The notes beneath the pieces were generated by a model. The model had not been told where the DNA came from, ran no database searches, and saw only the letters and a program-made list of their open reading frames with translations. From an uncultured Campylobacterales bacterium (GTDB taxonomy: Bacteria > Campylobacterota > Campylobacteria > Campylobacterales > Sulfurimonadaceae): 64,000 nt of DNA. Each line of letters starts with the position of its first letter. The stretch's first letter is position 1. The translations under genes and the position numbers were made by a program. The stretch is taken from positions 68,719-132,718 of the forward strand of contig CAITKP010000063.1 of the NCBI GenBank assembly GCA_903892995.1. The letters run 5' to 3'. Positions 9,389-18,555 of the stretch are shown here, one piece after another.

Positions 9389-9401
9389 CCTACATGTAAG
9401 C
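9389..9401. repeat. Near-consensus palindrome copy CCTACATGTAAGC in the divergent EamA / J-protein spacer
   Basis: Lies between a TATAAT (9380-9385) and the AAGGAG RBS (9409-9414) of the downstream J-domain gene. Confidence 0.85.
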
Positions 9402-9421
9402 AAAAAATAAGGAGCATTTCA

Positions 9422-10177
9422 GTGAGTACGATTATTATCATTCTTTTAGTTGTTGGGGTATTTTTATATCTTTCAAAAGGGTATAAAAGCTACACAACAA
9501 ACTACCAAGAACAGTTTAAAAACTTCTCTGTTTCTAAAGAAGCGATAGAGAAAAGTGAGCTTGGAGTTTTTATCTCTCTTGTGGCTAAAGTGGCTAAGGC
9601 AGATGGCAAAGTTGATGCGCTTGAAGCGGAACTTGTGGGGAACTTGTTCACAGATATCTCGCGTGTATTTCCAGAACCAGAAAAGACAAGAGAGATTTTT
9701 AAAGAGATTTTTAATGAGCAAAAAGAGTTCAATGACAACATCGAAGCTCTAGCGCATAATCTTAAAAATCTTATTGCTCGCGATCAGCAAAAACAGATTC
9801 AGATGATGGGATTTTTAATCCAGCTTGCGTTTATTGATGGGGAGATGAGCCGCTCAGAAGAGGAGATTCTTATCACGATCGCCGAGGCAATGGAGTTTGA
9901 TCCAAATATTTACCACAATATTTTCTCGCAGTTTGAAGAGATGATGAAAAATTACACATCACCTCAAACTTCCCTCAAAGATGCGTATGCAACGCTTGGT
10001 GTCAATGAAAATGACTCGCTTGAGAGTATCAAAAAAGCATATAGAAAACTTGTGCGTGAGTACCATCCAGATATTATTAAAGCCCAAGGCAAAGATGAAA
10101 ACTATCTCAAAGAAGCAACCGCAAAAACGCAAGAGATCAACTCTGCGTATGAGATGATTAAAAAGGCAAAAAGTTAA
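9422..10177 (+). CDS. DjlA-like membrane co-chaperone (TM helix + TerB-like domain + C-terminal J domain)
   Basis: C-terminus DAYATLGVNENDSLESIKKAYRKLVREYHPD is a J domain with HPD. The N-terminus is a TM helix, STIIIILLVVGVFLYL. I place the start at GTG 9422, preceded by AAGGAG. The longer track ORF from 9146 runs antisense through the EamA gene. Confidence 0.7.
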   Translation: MSTIIIILLVVGVFLYLSKGYKSYTTNYQEQFKNFSVSKEAIEKSELGVFISLVAKVAKADGKVDALEAELVGNLFTDISRVFPEPEKTREIFKEIFNEQKEFNDNIEALAHNLKNLIARDQQKQIQMMGFLIQLAFIDGEMSRSEEEILITIAEAMEFDPNIYHNIFSQFEEMMKNYTSPQTSLKDAYATLGVNENDSLESIKKAYRKLVREYHPDIIKAQGKDENYLKEATAKTQEINSAYEMIKKAKS

Positions 10178-10620
10178 GCCTTTTTAAAATCCCTTTCCCA
10201 AAAAAAATCTATCCAATCATTGGCTTCATTTATGGTGAAGTCTGGTTGGTGGAGGGATGTTTTTTTGTAAAAGAGTGTGGCTGTTTTAAACTCTGTATCT
10301 GGATTTTCAGCTTGAAGTTTATGCATGATCGCTTCAAGCGTTTCTCCGCTATCTGCAATATCATCAACGACTAAGACACGTTTTTTATCTGCTAAGTGAC
10401 ACTCTCCAAAGATGCAGATACTCTCTCTTTTTTTGTCATCGTCATAAAGTTCGCTGCGAACAGACTCGACCTCTCTAATATTTAAACCCTCAGCCATTGC
10501 ATGCGCTAAAGTAAGCCCTCCTCGCGCAACTGCAACAATCATTTCAGGATTAAAACCTCTTGCCATTTCAATAAGCTTACATGTATCGTTTTTAAAATTC
10601 TCATAGTTATAGTAAATCAT
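10174..10620 (-). CDS. Purine phosphoribosyltransferase (xanthine-guanine/hypoxanthine PRT-like)
   Basis: 148 aa with the PRPP-binding motif VLVVDDIADSGETL. Confidence 0.75.
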   Translation of the reverse strand: MIYYNYENFKNDTCKLIEMARGFNPEMIVAVARGGLTLAHAMAEGLNIREVESVRSELYDDDKKRESICIFGECHLADKKRVLVVDDIADSGETLEAIMHKLQAENPDTEFKTATLFYKKTSLHQPDFTINEANDWIDFFWERDFKKA

Positions 10621-10695
10621 GCTAAAATTATATCATCATCAATTGATGTTATAAAAATTTATTTGTACTTAATATTCACGTTAGAAATATGTAAG

Positions 10696-10701
10696 TATAA
10701 T
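10696..10701 (+). promoter_or_regulatory. Candidate -10 (TATAAT) for the LPP20-like lipoprotein operon
   Basis: TATAAT lies about 30 nt upstream of ATG 10732, embedded in a 7-bp inverted repeat TAAGTAT/ATACTTA. This is a sequence match only. Confidence 0.35.
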
Positions 10702-10731
10702 TATTCATACTTATTAACAGGAGCGTTATCC

Positions 10732-11313
10732 ATGGCAAAAAATATTAAAATTATGGCAATGGCAGCAGTAGTTGCTGCACTACTTACAGGGTGTGGCAAC
10801 CAACCAAAACCAGCTCAAGATGAGGGTGATTTTCGTTGTAAACAAGATGGTGAGCTTGCTCCAAAATGGACTTGTAATCCTCAAAGTTATGAGGGTGCTA
10901 TTGTTGGTTTAGGAAGTGCTCCTATCTCTAAAGCAGGTGCAAACTTCACAAGACAAAATGCAATGGCTGCAGCTCGTAATGACTTAGCATTGCAAATCGA
11001 AACACAAGTGAAAGCAAAAGTTGAAAACTTTGTACGTGGAACAGGCGTAGCAGAGAATGAAGTAGTTGATAGCGTTTCAACTCAAGTTTCAAAACAACTT
11101 GCAAATACAACACTTAATGGCTCAAAACAACTAGAAACATGGTCAAGCAACAAAACAACTTATATCCTTGTTGGTATCTCTAACGATGTTGTAAATAAAG
11201 AAGCAAAAAAACAGATCGTAAACAGTTCACACAAAAATGAAGATGCTCTTTGGCAACAATTTCAATCTAAACAAGCTTTAGAGTCACTTGATAAAGAGTT
11301 CCCAAGTAAATAA
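10732..11313 (+). CDS. LPP20-family lipoprotein
   Basis: MAKNIKIMAMAAVVAALLTGC is a lipobox (LTGC). NFTRQNAMAAARNDLALQIETQVKAKVENFV resembles the Helicobacter LPP20 family. AGGAG lies 9 nt upstream. The track ORF start at 10663 is an upstream extension. Confidence 0.7.
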   Translation: MAKNIKIMAMAAVVAALLTGCGNQPKPAQDEGDFRCKQDGELAPKWTCNPQSYEGAIVGLGSAPISKAGANFTRQNAMAAARNDLALQIETQVKAKVENFVRGTGVAENEVVDSVSTQVSKQLANTTLNGSKQLETWSSNKTTYILVGISNDVVNKEAKKQIVNSSHKNEDALWQQFQSKQALESLDKEFPSK

Positions 11314-11717
11314 TGAAAGTTATTTTTCTCCTTCTATCTTTTTTCCTTTTTACAGGATGTCAAGAAAGTCTTGCACCTGTAAAAAAAGAGATATCTCAAG
11401 CGCCTGCTTGGGTTTTTAATCCAAATCTCAATGGTGTTAAAGGTGCTGTTGGCAGTTGTGCTCCTCATTTTAAAGGTCCAAGCTATCAAAGATCACTTGC
11501 TGTGAGTCGTGCACTTGATGAACTTGCTATGCAAATGGGCGTACAAGTCAATGTTGTCGCTTCAAGAGAAGAGATTTCCAGTGGCGACAATGTCAACGCA
11601 AAAAGTGATATTCAAACGCAGCAAACAGTTAAAAATTCAAACGTCACCGCACATATTGAAGCTACATATATTGATCCAAAAACAGATGAACTCTTTGTTT
11701 GGATGATTTTAAATTAA
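11313..11717 (+). CDS. Small lipoprotein, LPP20-like second gene of the pair
   Basis: MKVIFLLLSFFLFTGC is a lipobox. SYQRSLAVSRALDELAMQMG resembles the LPP20-family helix. Its start overlaps the upstream stop (TAATG). Confidence 0.55.
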   Translation: MKVIFLLLSFFLFTGCQESLAPVKKEISQAPAWVFNPNLNGVKGAVGSCAPHFKGPSYQRSLAVSRALDELAMQMGVQVNVVASREEISSGDNVNAKSDIQTQQTVKNSNVTAHIEATYIDPKTDELFVWMILN

Positions 11718-11845
11718 ACTTTACTTTGCCATCATTGGTGAAGTTCTCTTTTTCGCTATAATTACACTTCGTTAAAAAAAACATTTTTACAAATCGTTTT
11801 ATTACACTTTATAAAAATGTTTTTAATCACACACAAAGAGATATT

Positions 11846-13312
11846 ATGAAAAAAATCGCAATTATTGGTCAACCAAATGTTGGAAAAAGCTCACTATTTA
11901 ATCGTTTGCTTAAAAAACGTGATGCTATTACGTCCGAAGAAGCGGGGACAACACGCGATGTCAAACGCCGTCACGCGCTTATTTTAGACAAACAAGCAGA
12001 GCTTTTAGATACGGGAGGTCTTGACAAGGGTTGCGAACTTTTTGACAAGATCAAAGAAAAATCACTTGAAGCGGCATCTCGCGCTGATATCATTTTATAT
12101 ATGGTCGATGGAAAAACACTTCCAGATGAAAATGACAAAAAACTTTTTTACCAGCTAGAATCTTTGGGCAAAGATGTAGCTCTTGTTGTCAATAAAATTG
12201 ATAATGACAGCATGAAAGAGAAACTCTGGGATTACTATGAGTTTGGAACTGATCTTATTTTTGGGATCTCAGTTGCGCATAACCGCAGTATCAATCCTTT
12301 AATAGAATGGATGTATAACATCATTCCTGATGAAGATAAAATCAGCCTTGAAGAAGAGATAGAAGAGGATGAAGAGGAGTTTGAACCAACGGTTTATGAC
12401 TATGTTCCTGAAGATGAAGATGATGAAGATGGCTATGTTGATTTTGATGAAGAGGAAGTAGAAGACGACTCAATCTTTGGTATGAACGATATGATCAAAG
12501 AGTTTGACCCACAAGATCTCAATCATATAAAAATTGCTATCATCGGACGTGTGAATGTTGGAAAAAGTTCACTTCTTAATGCACTTTTAAAAGAGGATCG
12601 CTCAGTTGTAAGCAGTGTTGCTGGAACGACAATTGACCCAATTGATGAGAGTGTAGATTATCAAGGAAAAACTTTAACTTTTGTCGATACAGCGGGGATT
12701 CGCCGCCGTGGAAAAATTTTGGGGATTGAAAAATTCGCACTTATGAGAACAGAAGAGATGCTTGAGAGTGCAAATATGGCTCTTGTTGTTTTAGACGCGT
12801 CTCAACCTTTTATTGATCTTGATGAGAAGATTGCAGGACTTGTTGACAAAAACCATCTTGGCTGTATCATCGTTTTAAATAAATGGGACATCTCAAACCG
12901 TGAAGAGTATGAAAAAGTTGTCAAAGAGGTACGTGAGCGATTTAGATTTTTACATTACGCACCGATCATCACCATCTCTGCAAAAAGTCATCTTCGTGTT
13001 AACAAACTGCTTGATATGATTTTAGAGATCAATGAAAACTACTCTCAGCGTATCACAACATCGCAGTTGAATGAAGTTTTAGGCAAAGCGATGCGCCGTC
13101 ACCAACTTCCAAGTATGCATGGACAGATCATTCGTATCTACTATGCGACGCAGTATGAAACACGTCCTCCAAGAATTGCACTTATTATGAACAAACCGCG
13201 TGGTCTTCACTTTACATATAGAAGATATCTCACAAATAAATTGCGTGAAGCGTTCAATTTTAGTGGTGTTCCTGTTCTTTTTAAAGCAAAAAAACGTGGT
13301 GGCGGAAAGTAG
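11846..13312 (+). CDS. der: Ribosome-biogenesis GTPase Der (EngA) with a long acidic inter-domain linker
   Basis: Two G domains (GQPNVGKSS...DTGG...NKID and GRVNVGKSS...DTAG...NKWD) plus a KH-like C-terminus. 488 aa. Confidence 0.9.
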   Translation: MKKIAIIGQPNVGKSSLFNRLLKKRDAITSEEAGTTRDVKRRHALILDKQAELLDTGGLDKGCELFDKIKEKSLEAASRADIILYMVDGKTLPDENDKKLFYQLESLGKDVALVVNKIDNDSMKEKLWDYYEFGTDLIFGISVAHNRSINPLIEWMYNIIPDEDKISLEEEIEEDEEEFEPTVYDYVPEDEDDEDGYVDFDEEEVEDDSIFGMNDMIKEFDPQDLNHIKIAIIGRVNVGKSSLLNALLKEDRSVVSSVAGTTIDPIDESVDYQGKTLTFVDTAGIRRRGKILGIEKFALMRTEEMLESANMALVVLDASQPFIDLDEKIAGLVDKNHLGCIIVLNKWDISNREEYEKVVKEVRERFRFLHYAPIITISAKSHLRVNKLLDMILEINENYSQRITTSQLNEVLGKAMRRHQLPSMHGQIIRIYYATQYETRPPRIALIMNKPRGLHFTYRRYLTNKLREAFNFSGVPVLFKAKKRGGGK

Positions 13313-13328
13313 AAACTTCTATAAAAAG

Positions 13329-13342
13329 CCTTACATGTAAAG
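13329..13342. repeat. Single palindrome copy CCTTACATGTAAAG 17 nt after the der stop
   Basis: Exact TTACATGTAA core in the der-AKR spacer. Confidence 0.9.
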
Positions 13343-13439
13343 AATTTTAACTTTAGTATTTAGCAAAAAAGTTAGAGCCTCTTTATGAAAAAAATCTCGA
13401 TATAATCACGAAAAATTATGAAGTGATAAGAGTTAAAAA

Positions 13440-14456
13440 ATGAACTTTAGATATATCGGTAAAACGGGGCTTCGCGTGAGTCCTATCTGTATGGGAACGA
13501 TGACGTTTGGATCACAGTGTGATGAAAAAGAAGCGTTTAAAATTATGGACAAAGCATACGATGCGGGAGTCAATTTTTTTGACACAGCAGAGCTTTATCC
13601 AGTTCCTCCTACAAAAGAGAGCAGCGGTCTCACAGAAGAGATGGTCGGAAGATGGCTGCGCACAAAACCTCGCGATAGTATCATACTCGCTAGCAAGGTT
13701 GCAGGTGCTGCAAATGGATGGTTTGTCCCGCCGATTCGCCATGGTTATACAGCAATTGACCGTTTTCATATAGAGCGTGCGATTGAGGGTTCTTTGAAGC
13801 GTTTAGGAACGGATTATATCGATTTGTATCAGATGCATTGGCCTGACAGTGTTGTGCCTATTGAGGAGTCGCTTCGTGCATTTGATGCTCTGGTACAAAG
13901 TGGAAAAGTACGCTACATCGGGACTTCCAACGATACAGCTTATGGTACATGTAAAGCTTTGATGAGTTCAAAATATGAAAAACTCACTCGCTTTGAATCG
14001 ATCCAAAATAACTTCTCCCTTTTAAACAGAAGATTTTTAGATGAGCTCTTTGTTTTAGCAAAAAATGAGCAGGTATCACTTCTTCCATATTCACCACTTG
14101 CAGGCGGAGTTTTAAGCGGAAAATACAATCAAGCACAAACAGGAGAAGGGAGATTTTTTGAGTATATTCACTCATCAAATGCACGTCAAAGAGTGATGGC
14201 TCAAAGATTTATGAATGACAAAACACTTCTCTCAACGCAAAAATATCTCAAAATCGCCCATGATGCAGGTCTGCATCCCGTTACAATGGCGATTGCTTGG
14301 TCAAAACAGTTTGACTTTGTGGCTTCGACGATTATTGGTGCTACAAAAGTAGAGCAGCTCGATGCTAGTTTGGCTGCAATGGATCTTGTTTTGAGCGATG
14401 AGGTGCTCAGTGCATGCGATAAAGTGCACAATGAAACTCTCTATCCAATGGGTTGA
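13440..14456 (+). CDS. Aldo/keto reductase family oxidoreductase
   Basis: 338 aa. GTMTFG, FFDTAELYP, DLYQMHWPD and IGTSN are typical AKR (Tas-like) motifs. Confidence 0.85.
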   Translation: MNFRYIGKTGLRVSPICMGTMTFGSQCDEKEAFKIMDKAYDAGVNFFDTAELYPVPPTKESSGLTEEMVGRWLRTKPRDSIILASKVAGAANGWFVPPIRHGYTAIDRFHIERAIEGSLKRLGTDYIDLYQMHWPDSVVPIEESLRAFDALVQSGKVRYIGTSNDTAYGTCKALMSSKYEKLTRFESIQNNFSLLNRRFLDELFVLAKNEQVSLLPYSPLAGGVLSGKYNQAQTGEGRFFEYIHSSNARQRVMAQRFMNDKTLLSTQKYLKIAHDAGLHPVTMAIAWSKQFDFVASTIIGATKVEQLDASLAAMDLVLSDEVLSACDKVHNETLYPMG

Positions 14457-14460
14457 TACA

Positions 14461-14931
14461 GTGAAAATATCTTTTCTCTTTTTTATCACTTTTTTCTTAG
14501 CAGGATGCAGTGTAAAAACTTATGAGATGAATGTTTCCAAACTCATAGTCATTAAATCTCCTCAGATAAAATATGCTGATCTTGGCTATATCCGTGGACA
14601 TGGAGATTCCCTTCGAATTGAACTTTATGAGATGGGAAATGTGGTAAAAAGTATAGAGATCAATAACTTTATCTGCGTGGATGATGGCTGTATGCTCAAA
14701 AATGTTTTCAATCAAAAATATCTCAGTGGCAGTTACCCATCAGATACTTTAGAAAATGTTATTTTAGGTCATGCGATCTATGATGGAAAGAGTTTGAAAA
14801 AACTTTATGATGGATATATGCAAAAGATCAAAGATGAAAATGTAGATATTACCTATGAAGTTACAAGTGAGGGGATCAGATTTAGAGATAGTAAAAATGG
14901 TATTTTGCTAAAAATATCTTCACCACAATAA
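14461..14931 (+). CDS. Hypothetical lipoprotein
   Basis: (V)[16 protein letters not shown] is a signal peptide with a lipobox. I place the start at GTG 14461. The track ORF start at 14398 overlaps the AKR gene. There is no recognisable domain. Confidence 0.5.
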   Translation: MKISFLFFITFFLAGCSVKTYEMNVSKLIVIKSPQIKYADLGYIRGHGDSLRIELYEMGNVVKSIEINNFICVDDGCMLKNVFNQKYLSGSYPSDTLENVILGHAIYDGKSLKKLYDGYMQKIKDENVDITYEVTSEGIRFRDSKNGILLKISSPQ

Positions 14932-14965
14932 GAACTTTAAAACTATTCAAAATAGAGGAAAAATT

Positions 14966-15808
14966 ATGAAATATGTAGGAGCACATACATCCGCAACGGG
15001 CGGAGTTGTCAATGCTATAACACATGCTCAAAGTATAGGTGCAAAAGCGTTCGCACTTTTTACAAAAAATCAGCGTCGTTGGGATGCAAAACCGCTTGAG
15101 TCAAAAACGGTAGATGAATTTCAAAAAGCTTTACATACAAGCGGTATTTTGCCTAAACATGTTTTGCCGCATGATTCCTATCTTATCAATCTTGGACATC
15201 CAGAATCTGATAAGCGTGCAAAATCGATGGAAGCGTTTTTAGATGAAGTGCAAAGATGCTCTCTTTTGGGTCTTGATAGACTCAATTTTCATCCTGGAAG
15301 CCACTTAAAACAGATCAGTGAAGATGAGTGTATGAGTAAAATTTCTGAGGCGATGAATATCACTTTAGATAAAACGCAGGGTGTCTCGCTCGTTTTAGAA
15401 AACACCGCAGGTCAAGGAAGCAATCTGGGATGGAAGTTTGAGCATTTAGCGCAAATCATCGATAAAGTCGAAGATAAAAGTCGTGTGGGAGTCTGCATCG
15501 ATACCTGCCACATGTTTACAGCGGGCTATGACATCAGAACCCGCGAAGCTTATGATGTGACAATGGCACAGTTTGAAAATATCGTCGGATTTAGGTATTT
15601 AAAAGGGATGCATCTCAACGATTCTAAGCCAGCTTTAGGCTCACATGTAGATCGTCATGACTCTTTAGGAGCGGGAAAAATAGGGCTTGATGCATTTCGT
15701 TTTATTATGAATGATGAGCGTATGGATGATATTCCTCTTATTTTAGAAACAATCGATGAGACTATCTGGGCGGATGAGATAAAACTTTTATACTCTTTTG
15801 TGGATTAA
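14966..15808 (+). CDS. nfo: Endonuclease IV (AP endonuclease)
   Basis: 280 aa. [49 protein letters not shown] and HLNDSK are Nfo metal-ligand motifs. Confidence 0.9.
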   Translation: MKYVGAHTSATGGVVNAITHAQSIGAKAFALFTKNQRRWDAKPLESKTVDEFQKALHTSGILPKHVLPHDSYLINLGHPESDKRAKSMEAFLDEVQRCSLLGLDRLNFHPGSHLKQISEDECMSKISEAMNITLDKTQGVSLVLENTAGQGSNLGWKFEHLAQIIDKVEDKSRVGVCIDTCHMFTAGYDIRTREAYDVTMAQFENIVGFRYLKGMHLNDSKPALGSHVDRHDSLGAGKIGLDAFRFIMNDERMDDIPLILETIDETIWADEIKLLYSFVD

Positions 15809-15859
15809 GTTTTTTTTATATAAAATGTTTGTAAATGAAATAAAAGGGAGAGTGAAAGA

Positions 15860-17032
15860 ATGAAAAAAATTGCTTTGATATCATTGGCAACGGCGACGGT
15901 TTTGATGGCGGGGGGCTATAAAATACCTGAGAGTTCACTCAATGCAGTAGCACTTTCAAATGCGTATGTAGCTTCTTCTTATGGTGCAGATGCTTCGTAC
16001 TGCAATCCTGCAAATATGGTTTTTAGTGACAATAAAGGCGCAGCGATTGAAGTTGATTTGACTTATATTGGGCTCTCAAAGGTGGATTATAATCCTTCAA
16101 GTGGCAGTAACATTAGTTCAAAAGCGGAAAATTTTATCGTTCCAACAATCCATTATGTTTCTCCAGCGGTTGATAAATTTAGATTTGGTCTCTCTATTGT
16201 TTCTCCAGCGGGACTTTCTAAAAAATGGTCTGATGCGCCAGCTTCTTTGTACGCAAAAGAGTTTACGCTTCAAACAATCGAAGTAAATCCAACGGTTGCG
16301 TATGAGATAAACGATCAACTCGCAGTGGCTTTTGGTATAAGAGGAATAAAATCAAGTGGCGTTGTAAAAAATGCCTATTATGATTTAAAAGGGGATGGTT
16401 TTGACCTTGGTTATAACGCGGCACTTACTTATAAACCGACGAAAGATACAAATCTGGCACTGACATATAGATCAAATATTGATTTACATGTAAGCGGGGA
16501 CACCTCCCGTACTGTAACAACAATAAATAGCGGGGTCAAAGTAACTCTTCCTCTTCCAGCAACAGCAAACTTAGCTGTTTCACATACATATAACAATGCA
16601 ACAACAGTCGAGTTTGTGCTAGAGAGAACAATGTGGTCTGCATATAAAAATTTGAATTTTGATTTTAATAATGGAACAAACGAGACTGTTTTAGGTACAC
16701 CTTTAGCGAAAAACTGGAAAGATTCAAACGCATACCGTTTAGGACTCACACATAAACATGAAAAAATAACTGCAATGGTAGGTCTTGCATATGATGTTTC
16801 TCCAGTTCCTGATGCAACTATAGGATTTGAAAATCCAGATTCAAACTCAAAAGTGATCTCTCTTGGCGGACGTTATGAGATTAATGAAAAGATGAGTGTT
16901 GGTCTTGCTGGACTTGTGACATTGAAAGATGATAGATCCGTAAATAATATTGCCGATGGCGGACATGTTAATGGCGAATTTTCAAACTCCCCTGTTTACC
17001 TGCTTAGTGCGGGGATGGAATATAAATTTTAA
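15860..17032 (+). CDS. Outer-membrane long-chain fatty acid / hydrophobic compound transporter (FadL/OmpP1/TodX family)
   Basis: Signal peptide followed by GGYKIPESSLNAVALSNAY (FadL-type N-terminal hatch), alternating beta-strand pattern and a C-terminal ...YKF. Confidence 0.7.
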   Translation: MKKIALISLATATVLMAGGYKIPESSLNAVALSNAYVASSYGADASYCNPANMVFSDNKGAAIEVDLTYIGLSKVDYNPSSGSNISSKAENFIVPTIHYVSPAVDKFRFGLSIVSPAGLSKKWSDAPASLYAKEFTLQTIEVNPTVAYEINDQLAVAFGIRGIKSSGVVKNAYYDLKGDGFDLGYNAALTYKPTKDTNLALTYRSNIDLHVSGDTSRTVTTINSGVKVTLPLPATANLAVSHTYNNATTVEFVLERTMWSAYKNLNFDFNNGTNETVLGTPLAKNWKDSNAYRLGLTHKHEKITAMVGLAYDVSPVPDATIGFENPDSNSKVISLGGRYEINEKMSVGLAGLVTLKDDRSVNNIADGGHVNGEFSNSPVYLLSAGMEYKF

Positions 17033-18555
17033 TGGTGTTAGAGTATCCATATAACAATTTTTATGAGATGGCAACTGCAAACGCTGTTGCCAATCCAAAT
17101 AAAAAAGTAGTCTTTATCGACGATGAGAAGATCACCAACAGAGAGCTTCTTGAAAAGATCGATGCTTTTGCTCTTTATCTACAGCAGTGCGGATTTCATG
17201 AGAATGAAAAAGCAGCCTTAGTGTTACCAAACTCCTTAGAATTTTTAGTGGCTGTTTTTGCTGTTGGGAAACTTGGTGGAGTTGTTGTGCCTATCAACAA
17301 TATGCTCAAACGCGATGAGATAACTTATATTTTAAATGACTGCGATGCGAAGATTCTCATAACTGCCAATGAATTTGTCAAAGAAGTGAGTGATATTTCT
17401 ACAACAACGAAAGTCAAAGAAACTATTTGGATAGATAATTTAGAGGAATTAAAAACTCAAAACTCTTTACATGTAAGCAAAAATCTCGATGACTTAGCTG
17501 TGATATTGTATACCTCAGGAACCACAGGCCATCCAAAAGGTGCGATGCTGAGTTATCGTAATATTTTTTCAAATCTTGTTGGTGCGATGAAAATTTTTGA
17601 TATTACTAAAAAAGATAGATTTATCCTTTATCTTCCGATGTTTCATGCCTTTACATTTTCTATTATGATGATGCTTCCAATCTTTGCAGATGCTTCGATG
17701 GTTATCATCAAAAAACTTTTACCTTTTAGCAATATCATCAAGCAGACACTTCTCAAACGTGTGACAATCTTTTTGGGTGTGCCAGATATTTACAATGCAC
17801 TTATTCGTGCAAAATTGCCTTGGTACTTTTTATGGTTCAACTCTATTCGCGGATTTATTTCGGGAGCTTCTGCTTTGAGTGAAGATACACTCAACAGATA
17901 TACAAAAGTGTTTAAACGTGCAAAAATGCTTGAGGGTTATGGTCTGAGTGAGTGTTCTCCTGCGGTTTGTGTGAACTCTTTAGAGCACCAAAGAGCTTAC
18001 TCTGTTGGACGCGCGCTTCCAAGTTATGAGATCAAAATCGTCGATGAAGCAATGGTAGAAGTTCCCTTTGGCGAGGTAGGTGAGATCATTGTAAAAGGTG
18101 ATTGTGTGATGCAAGGATATTTGAACAATCCACAAGCAACAGCCCAAACTATCATCAATGCTTGGCTCAAAACGGGCGATCTTGGCAAGATGGATGAGGA
18201 TGGTTTTGTTTACATCGTCGATCGTATCAAAGATCTCATCATCTCAAAAGGGATCAATATCTATCCGCGCCAGATAGAAGAGGAGTTAATGAAACTTTCT
18301 TATGTTAAACTCTGCGCGGTAGTTTCCAAACCCGATATCCACAGCGGAGAGGTTCCCGTGGCTTTTATCGAACTTGAAGATGGCGCGGACAAAAAAGCGA
18401 TTACTCAGATGCAAGTCAAGAATGATCTCAAAGACACACTTGCAAACTTCAAGATACCAAAAGCGGTTCATTTTGTAGATGAACTACCAAAAACAGCGAC
18501 AGGAAAGCTACTCAAGCGCGTTTTAAAAGAGCGTATAAAACAGGGAGAATTTTGA
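17032..18555 (+). CDS. Long-chain fatty-acid--CoA ligase (AMP-binding enzyme family)
   Basis: YTSGTTGHPKG AMP-binding motif, GYGLSE, TGDLG and DRIKDLI. 507 aa. Its start overlaps the FadL stop (TAATG). Confidence 0.85.
   Translation: MVLEYPYNNFYEMATANAVANPNKKVVFIDDEKITNRELLEKIDAFALYLQQCGFHENEKAALVLPNSLEFLVAVFAVGKLGGVVVPINNMLKRDEITYILNDCDAKILITANEFVKEVSDISTTTKVKETIWIDNLEELKTQNSLHVSKNLDDLAVILYTSGTTGHPKGAMLSYRNIFSNLVGAMKIFDITKKDRFILYLPMFHAFTFSIMMMLPIFADASMVIIKKLLPFSNIIKQTLLKRVTIFLGVPDIYNALIRAKLPWYFLWFNSIRGFISGASALSEDTLNRYTKVFKRAKMLEGYGLSECSPAVCVNSLEHQRAYSVGRALPSYEIKIVDEAMVEVPFGEVGEIIVKGDCVMQGYLNNPQATAQTIINAWLKTGDLGKMDEDGFVYIVDRIKDLIISKGINIYPRQIEEELMKLSYVKLCAVVSKPDIHSGEVPVAFIELEDGADKKAITQMQVKNDLKDTLANFKIPKAVHFVDELPKTATGKLLKRVLKERIKQGEF

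Noticed and set aside
9146-9421. N-terminal 92-codon extension of the J-domain ORF given in the track (start 9146).
   Set aside because: It runs antisense through the 5' part of the EamA gene. A GTG with a good AAGGAG RBS at 9422 gives a protein that starts with the expected TM helix.
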